DNA of 64,000 nt from positions 3,936,001 to 4,000,000 of the forward strand of contig CBDETK010000013.1 in assembly GCA_965242865.1 (NCBI GenBank). The letters are read 5' to 3'. The translations under genes were made by a program, and so were the position numbers. Under the pieces are notes generated by a model that saw nothing but the letters and a program-made list of their open reading frames with translations, searched no databases and was not told where the DNA came from. Within the stretch, counting starts at the first letter, position 1; each line of letters begins with the position of its first letter. Positions 59,245 through 64,000 of the stretch are shown here, piece after piece. The stretch is from Candidatus Latescibacterota bacterium. GTDB taxonomy: Bacteria; Latescibacterota; UBA2968; UBA8231.

Positions 59245-59475
59245 GTTTGCCGCAATCGGCCGGGCACCTGGCCCAGATTCACCGCCGACGATAACCCCGT
59301 CAAGTCCCGTCAAGTCCATATCATACAAAGGGCCGAGCAAAGGTTCGAGGGACAGGAACTTCGTCTTTGCCCCGGTTGCCTTGAGCCGCGCCATTCGATC
59401 CAACCATCTTGAAGATTCAATGCTTGTGCCAAGCCAGATACTCGGCGTCCAGTTTAGCCTTTCATCTCCTAGCCT
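59245..59475 (-). pseudogene. Internal fragment of a DUF5131 (phage Gp37/Gp68) gene
   Basis: IWLGTSIE..KFLSLEPLLGPL..VIVGGESGPGARP; both termini missing; boundaries approximate. Confidence 0.8.
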
Positions 59476-59674
59476 GATCGACCAAGACCGGCAGCCTCTG
59501 TGCGAATATAGCAAGCGTTGGGTGCGGTGCAATGTCGTCAGGATAAGCCCGCTAGGACGAACAGAGAAGCGGAAATCGCCTTTTGCCCTATATTGTATTC
59601 GTCCTCACCTCTAGACGAAAGGACCACAGAATGTCCAAACGAGAGAACATGACGCCCGAGGGGAGCGAAGATGG

Positions 59675-59789
59675 CCGCGTCTTGGCCCTAGAGTTCGGTG
59701 CCAGTGCCGAGGATGTGGCCCGCACCGTCCACGCGCATCCCGCGCTGTCAGAGGTCGTAGGCGAGGCGGCGCGGGCCGCTGTGCCATGA
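59675..59789 (+). pseudogene. 3' fragment of dihydrolipoamide dehydrogenase
   Basis: [30 protein letters not shown] matches the LpdA C-terminal HAHPTLSE region. Confidence 0.75.
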
Positions 59790-60559
59790 GACTCGCCGAC
59801 AAAGTCGTCCTCATCACCGGCGCGGGCGCGGGCATTGGCCGCCAAACCGCGCTGCACTGTGCCCGCGAAGGCGCGCACATTGTGGCCGTTGATGTCAACG
59901 CGGCCACGGCTGAGCAAACGGCCGAGGCCATTGCGGCCGACAACGGGCAGGCCATGGCCATCGCGGCCGACGTGGCCTGTGCCGCCGACTGCGAGCGCAT
60001 GGTACAGCAAGCCGAAGCCGCGTATGGCCGCCTCGACGTGTTGTTCAACAACGCTGGCATCTCACACCACGCCGACGCCGACGCCATCGCTACCGAAGAA
60101 GAGGTTTGGGACCTGACCATGGCCGTCAATCTCAAAGGCGTCTTTTTGGGCTGCAAATACGGCATTCCGGCCCTGCGTCGCGCCGGCCGCGGCGCGATCA
60201 TCAACACCGCCTCTTTTGTCGCTTTGCTCGGAGCGGCCACGCCTCAACTGGCCTATACCGCCAGCAAGGGCGGCGTCCTCGCCCTGACGCGCGAGTTGGC
60301 CGTTGTCCACGCGCGCGAAAACATCCGCGTCAACGCGCTCTGCCCCGGCCCCTTGCGCACCGAGCTACTGATGCAATACCTCGACAGCGAAGAAAAACGC
60401 CAGCGCCGCTTGGTCCACATCCCCATGGGCCGCTTTGGCGAGGCCGAGGAAATCGCCCGCACGGTCGTCTTCTTGGCCTCGGACGACGCCTCCTTCATCA
60501 CTGGCGCGACCTTTGTCGTCGATGGGGGCATCACCGCCGCGTACGTAACTCCAGCGTGA
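59786..60559 (+). CDS. SDR family oxidoreductase
   Basis: [23 protein letters not shown]. Confidence 0.93.
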   Translation: MRLADKVVLITGAGAGIGRQTALHCAREGAHIVAVDVNAATAEQTAEAIAADNGQAMAIAADVACAADCERMVQQAEAAYGRLDVLFNNAGISHHADADAIATEEEVWDLTMAVNLKGVFLGCKYGIPALRRAGRGAIINTASFVALLGAATPQLAYTASKGGVLALTRELAVVHARENIRVNALCPGPLRTELLMQYLDSEEKRQRRLVHIPMGRFGEAEEIARTVVFLASDDASFITGATFVVDGGITAAYVTPA

Positions 60560-60599
60560 GGCCGCTTGTACCCACCGCACAACTCAGAAAGGGCAAACC

Positions 60600-61913
60600 A
60601 TGAGCGAATTTTTTAAGGGCATTAAAAAAATTGCGTACGAAGGCCCGGATTCCAAAAACCCCCTCGCCTTCAAGCACTACGACGCCGAGGCACTGGTCGG
60701 CGACAAAACCATGGCCGAGCACTTGCGCTTCTCCGTGGCCTTTTGGCACAGCTTTAAGGGCGGGGGCATCGATCCCTTCGGCCCAACTCCGGTGTACGAC
60801 CGGCCTTGGGACCGCGCCGCCGACTCCATGCAGCGCGCCGAGGACACCCTGTGTGCGGCCTTTGAGTTCATTACCAAGTTAGGCGCGCCGTTCTACTGCT
60901 GGCACGACCGCGACATCGCCCCCGAGGGCGCGACCCTCCAAGCGACCAACGACCGCCTCGACCGCATCGTGGGGCTGGCCGAGCAATTGCAAGCCGACAC
61001 GGGCGTCCGCTTGCTCTGGGGCACCTCCAACTGTTTCTCGCACGCACGCTTTACCCACGGGGCCGCCACCAACCCGGACGCTCACGTCTTCGCTTGGGCC
61101 GCGGCTCAGATCAAGAAAGCCATGGAATGCACCCAGCGGCTCGGGGGGGCCAACTACGTGTTTTGGGGTGGGCGCGAGGGGTACTCCAGCTTGCTCAACA
61201 CCAACATGGCCCAAGAGCAGGACCAACTCGCGCGCTTGTTGCAGATGGCTGTCGAACACAAAAAGGCGATTGGCTTTACCGGCACCCTGCTCGTGGAGCC
61301 CAAACCCAAAGAGCCGACCAAGCACCAGTACGACTACGACGCCGCTACGGTCTTGAGCTTTCTCCGCAAATACGACCTGTTGGACGAGTTCGCGCTCAAC
61401 ATCGAAGCCAACCACGCCACCTTGGCCGGCCACACCTTTGAACACGACCTCCAACTCGCCTCGGCCGAGGGCAAACTGGGCAGCATTGACGCCAACCGCG
61501 GCGATTACCTGCTCGGCTGGGACACCGACCAATTTCCCACCGACCTCTACTCCACCACCCACGCCATGCTGGTGATTCTCAACCAAGGCGGCATCCGGCC
61601 CGGCGGTATCAACTTCGACGCCAAGGTGCGGCGCGGCTCTTGCGATTTGGAGGATCTCTTCCACGCCCACATCGGCGGCATGGACTCGTTTGCCCGCGGG
61701 CTAACGCTGGCCCAGCGCATCATCGACGACGGTGCCCTCGCCGCCTTTGTGGAAGCGCGCTACGCCTCATACCGCAACGGCTTCGGCGAGAAAATCATGC
61801 GCGGCGAAACCAGCTTCGCCGAGTTGGAAGCCTACGTCCACCAGCACGGCGAGCCGGAACGGCGTAGCGGTCGAGAGGAAATGCTGGAAAACATCGTCAA
61901 TAGCTATCTGTGA
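60600..61913 (+). CDS. xylA: Xylose isomerase (class II)
   Basis: FWHSF, WHDRD, FWGGREGY, EPKPKEPTKHQYD, NIEANHATLAGH, GWDTDQF, NFDAK. Confidence 0.97.
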   Translation: MSEFFKGIKKIAYEGPDSKNPLAFKHYDAEALVGDKTMAEHLRFSVAFWHSFKGGGIDPFGPTPVYDRPWDRAADSMQRAEDTLCAAFEFITKLGAPFYCWHDRDIAPEGATLQATNDRLDRIVGLAEQLQADTGVRLLWGTSNCFSHARFTHGAATNPDAHVFAWAAAQIKKAMECTQRLGGANYVFWGGREGYSSLLNTNMAQEQDQLARLLQMAVEHKKAIGFTGTLLVEPKPKEPTKHQYDYDAATVLSFLRKYDLLDEFALNIEANHATLAGHTFEHDLQLASAEGKLGSIDANRGDYLLGWDTDQFPTDLYSTTHAMLVILNQGGIRPGGINFDAKVRRGSCDLEDLFHAHIGGMDSFARGLTLAQRIIDDGALAAFVEARYASYRNGFGEKIMRGETSFAELEAYVHQHGEPERRSGREEMLENIVNSYL

Positions 61914-61965
61914 GGGGACGTAAATCCACAAGACGCAAGACGAGAAACGGACACACAACGGGGTT

Positions 61966-62880
61966 GTGGTGATTGCCAAAGAACAAGTGGAGAACCGAAA
62001 GTACTGGATTGACCAGATAAGTCGCCTAAGTGGCGATTTTGGCGTTGATGCCGCAAGGATCGAGCAAGAGCTGGCGCAGGAAATCCAAGTACAAGGGATT
62101 GGCTCGCTGCTTGGACATCTGCGTTTATGTGGTGCAATCCCGGAGTGCTATGAGCACGACACCAGCGAAGAGAAGCTATACTCCAAATACACTGATGTTG
62201 TAATTCACGCAGCATACACTGCAATGGGGTTTACAAGCTTGGTTCTCAAGGAGCGAGCTAATGTAGCTGATGTTGAGTGCGTCACTGACGACTACGGTTT
62301 TGTCGCCGATGCAAAAGCATTTAGACTGAGCCGCACCGCGAAGAATCAGAAGGATTTCAAAGTGCAAGCAATGGACGACTGGAAGCATGGGAAGCCCTAT
62401 GCAATGGTTGTTTGTCCGGTGTATCAATTGCCGTCTCGGACGAGTCAGATATACAAACAGGCTGCCGAGCGGTCCGTCTGCATTGCGACGTACACCCATC
62501 TAGCTGTGCTTGTTCGCTATGCCCAAGAATCAACGAGGAACAAGGCAATGGAGTTGATTCGCGAGGTGTTTAGAACGGTCGAAGCGATGAATCCGTCAAA
62601 GAATGCAGCTAGCTACTGGCAGACGGTGAATCGCACACTCTTGGACTTTGACGAAGTAATCGGCGCAATATGGCGGGATGAGAAACTCGCATCAAACGAG
62701 GCCATAGGCATCTCGAAAGAAGAAGCACTTACTTTTCTCGCTACGGAGCGAGAGCGAATCATGAGATTATCTCGCGCTGACGCGATAAAGGAGGTGCTGA
62801 AGTGGAGGACACTCGACAACAAGGTTCAAAAGGTTCAATCCGTTGCCAAAAACGACATCCTTGACTTGGAGGCAGCATGA
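61966..62880 (+). CDS. HindIII-family type II restriction endonuclease
   Basis: EKLYSK, VADAKAFRLSRTAKNQKDFKV, SQIYKQ, characteristic of R.HindIII-type enzymes. Confidence 0.88.
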   Translation: MVIAKEQVENRKYWIDQISRLSGDFGVDAARIEQELAQEIQVQGIGSLLGHLRLCGAIPECYEHDTSEEKLYSKYTDVVIHAAYTAMGFTSLVLKERANVADVECVTDDYGFVADAKAFRLSRTAKNQKDFKVQAMDDWKHGKPYAMVVCPVYQLPSRTSQIYKQAAERSVCIATYTHLAVLVRYAQESTRNKAMELIREVFRTVEAMNPSKNAASYWQTVNRTLLDFDEVIGAIWRDEKLASNEAIGISKEEALTFLATERERIMRLSRADAIKEVLKWRTLDNKVQKVQSVAKNDILDLEAA

Positions 62881-63848
62881 ACGAGGAATACTTGGACCAA
62901 ATCACACGCGGCGACTGTCGGGATCACATTTCGCGCTTGGCCGACGACAGCATTGAACTTTTCCTCTCGGACATTCCCTATGGCATCAGTCTAGACGACT
63001 GGGATGTCTTACACGACAATACGAACTCGGCACTGTTGGGGCAGTCGCCCGCGCAGGCTGGAAAATCGGCCTTTAAGAGGCGAGGCAAACCCATCAATGG
63101 CTGGTCGCAGGCCGATAGGAACATTGGCCGGGAGTATCAGCAGTGGTGTCAAAGCTGGACTGAACGGCTTTTGCCAAAAATGAAGCGCGGCGCATCACTT
63201 TTCGTCTTCGGCGCACGCCGCACCATACACCGCGTCGTCAACGCCTTTGAAGACAGCGGCTTTCTGCTCAAGGACATGCTCGCTTGGCAGAAAGAATCGG
63301 CGCACCATCGAGCGCAAAGGGTGAGCATTGTCTTTGCAAGGCGTGGGTTAGAAGCCGAGGCCAAAGCGTGGCGCGGCTGGCGTTTGGGAAACCTCGCCCC
63401 CGTATATGAGCCGATTGCTTGGTTCGTAAAGCCCTACAAGATCGGCGGAACTATTGCCGACAACATCCTCGAACAAGGCGTAGGGGCCATGAACCTAGAA
63501 GCGTGTCAAAGCCATGGCGCGGCCCCAACCAATCTCTTGGCGTTTGGTTTCCAAAAGGGCGAACAAAAAATTCACGAGGCCCAGAAGCCGCTGCAGCTCA
63601 TTGAGTTCCTGATCAGGCTCACAACGCAAGAGGGCCAAGCGGTATTGGACCCATTCATGGGCAGCGGCACTACGGCTATTGCCGCGCGGCGACTCAACAG
63701 GCACTTCATAGGCTTTGAGATCTCGCCCAATTTTCATCGGGCCGCACTTCAGCGGTTGGATTCAGAATGCGGAACGGGAAATGCGAAAGATGCCCCATCG
63801 CTCCAGCAAATGCTCTTTGAAAGAGCGCGCGGTAAGTACAAGAGCTAA
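62877..63848 (+). CDS. M.HindIII-like adenine DNA methyltransferase (beta class)
   Basis: SDIPY, FKRRGKPINGWS, HEAQKP, LDPFMGSGTT; ATGA overlap. Confidence 0.9.
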   Translation: MNEEYLDQITRGDCRDHISRLADDSIELFLSDIPYGISLDDWDVLHDNTNSALLGQSPAQAGKSAFKRRGKPINGWSQADRNIGREYQQWCQSWTERLLPKMKRGASLFVFGARRTIHRVVNAFEDSGFLLKDMLAWQKESAHHRAQRVSIVFARRGLEAEAKAWRGWRLGNLAPVYEPIAWFVKPYKIGGTIADNILEQGVGAMNLEACQSHGAAPTNLLAFGFQKGEQKIHEAQKPLQLIEFLIRLTTQEGQAVLDPFMGSGTTAIAARRLNRHFIGFEISPNFHRAALQRLDSECGTGNAKDAPSLQQMLFERARGKYKS

Positions 63849-63856
63849 CTACAAGC

Positions 63857-63958
63857 TCAACTGTCCCTCGGCACGGCCATCATTCGCTCCAACGCCCGCC
63901 GCGCCCCCGCAATCACTTCGTCGTCTAGCTCGATTTCGTAGCGCTCGTAGAGCAGCGA
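63857..63958 (-). pseudogene. Probable 3' fragment of quinolinate synthase (nadA)
   Basis: SLLYERYEIELDDEVIAGARRALERMMAVPRDS* resembles NadA C-termini. Confidence 0.5.
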
Positions 63959-63960
63959 AA

Positions 63961-64000
63961 GAGACCAACTTTGCCGAGTTGGAAGCCTACGTCCACCAGC
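63961..64000 (+). repeat. Second copy of an xylA 3' segment (matches 61806-61845)
   Basis: 37/40 identical, last 28 nt identical; runs off the window. Confidence 0.9.

Noticed and set aside
59245-59475. Prophage
   Set aside because: Only a DUF5131 fragment; no structural, terminase or integrase genes.
58234-59532. DUF5131-AKR fusion protein
   Set aside because: The DUF5131 part is an internal fragment and the AKR has its own RBS and ATG at 59088.

Overview
High-GC bacterial DNA. The gene content (DUF6785-type membrane protein, secreted proteases with FlgD/T9SS-like C-termini, an LRR+YWTD lipoprotein, many sugar oxidoreductases, TA modules, stand-alone AAA-PD-(D/E)XK genes) suggests an FCB-group organism such as Latescibacterota/Gemmatimonadota, possibly host-associated; this is inference. 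A metabolic backbone (hemB, pyrD-like, xylA, AKRs, SDRs, enolase-family dehydratase) is interrupted by AT-richer cassettes: (1) a translationally coupled HerA ATPase - NurA nuclease - SPPY DNA methyltransferase trio (6.65-11.33 kb), my best candidate for an uncharacterised defence system; (2) a Druantia type III-like druH-druE pair with a 1-nt frameshift in druH; (3) a pair of unknown membrane proteins behind a 145-bp MITE; (4) a HindIII-family R-M system bracketed by a duplicated xylA 3' segment. No integrase or transposase is visible, but many junctions carry short gene stubs (higB, PIN toxin, ADH, lpdA, nadA, DUF5131, xylA). No rRNA, tRNA or CRISPR array was recognised. Family assignments come from motif recognition, not database searches.
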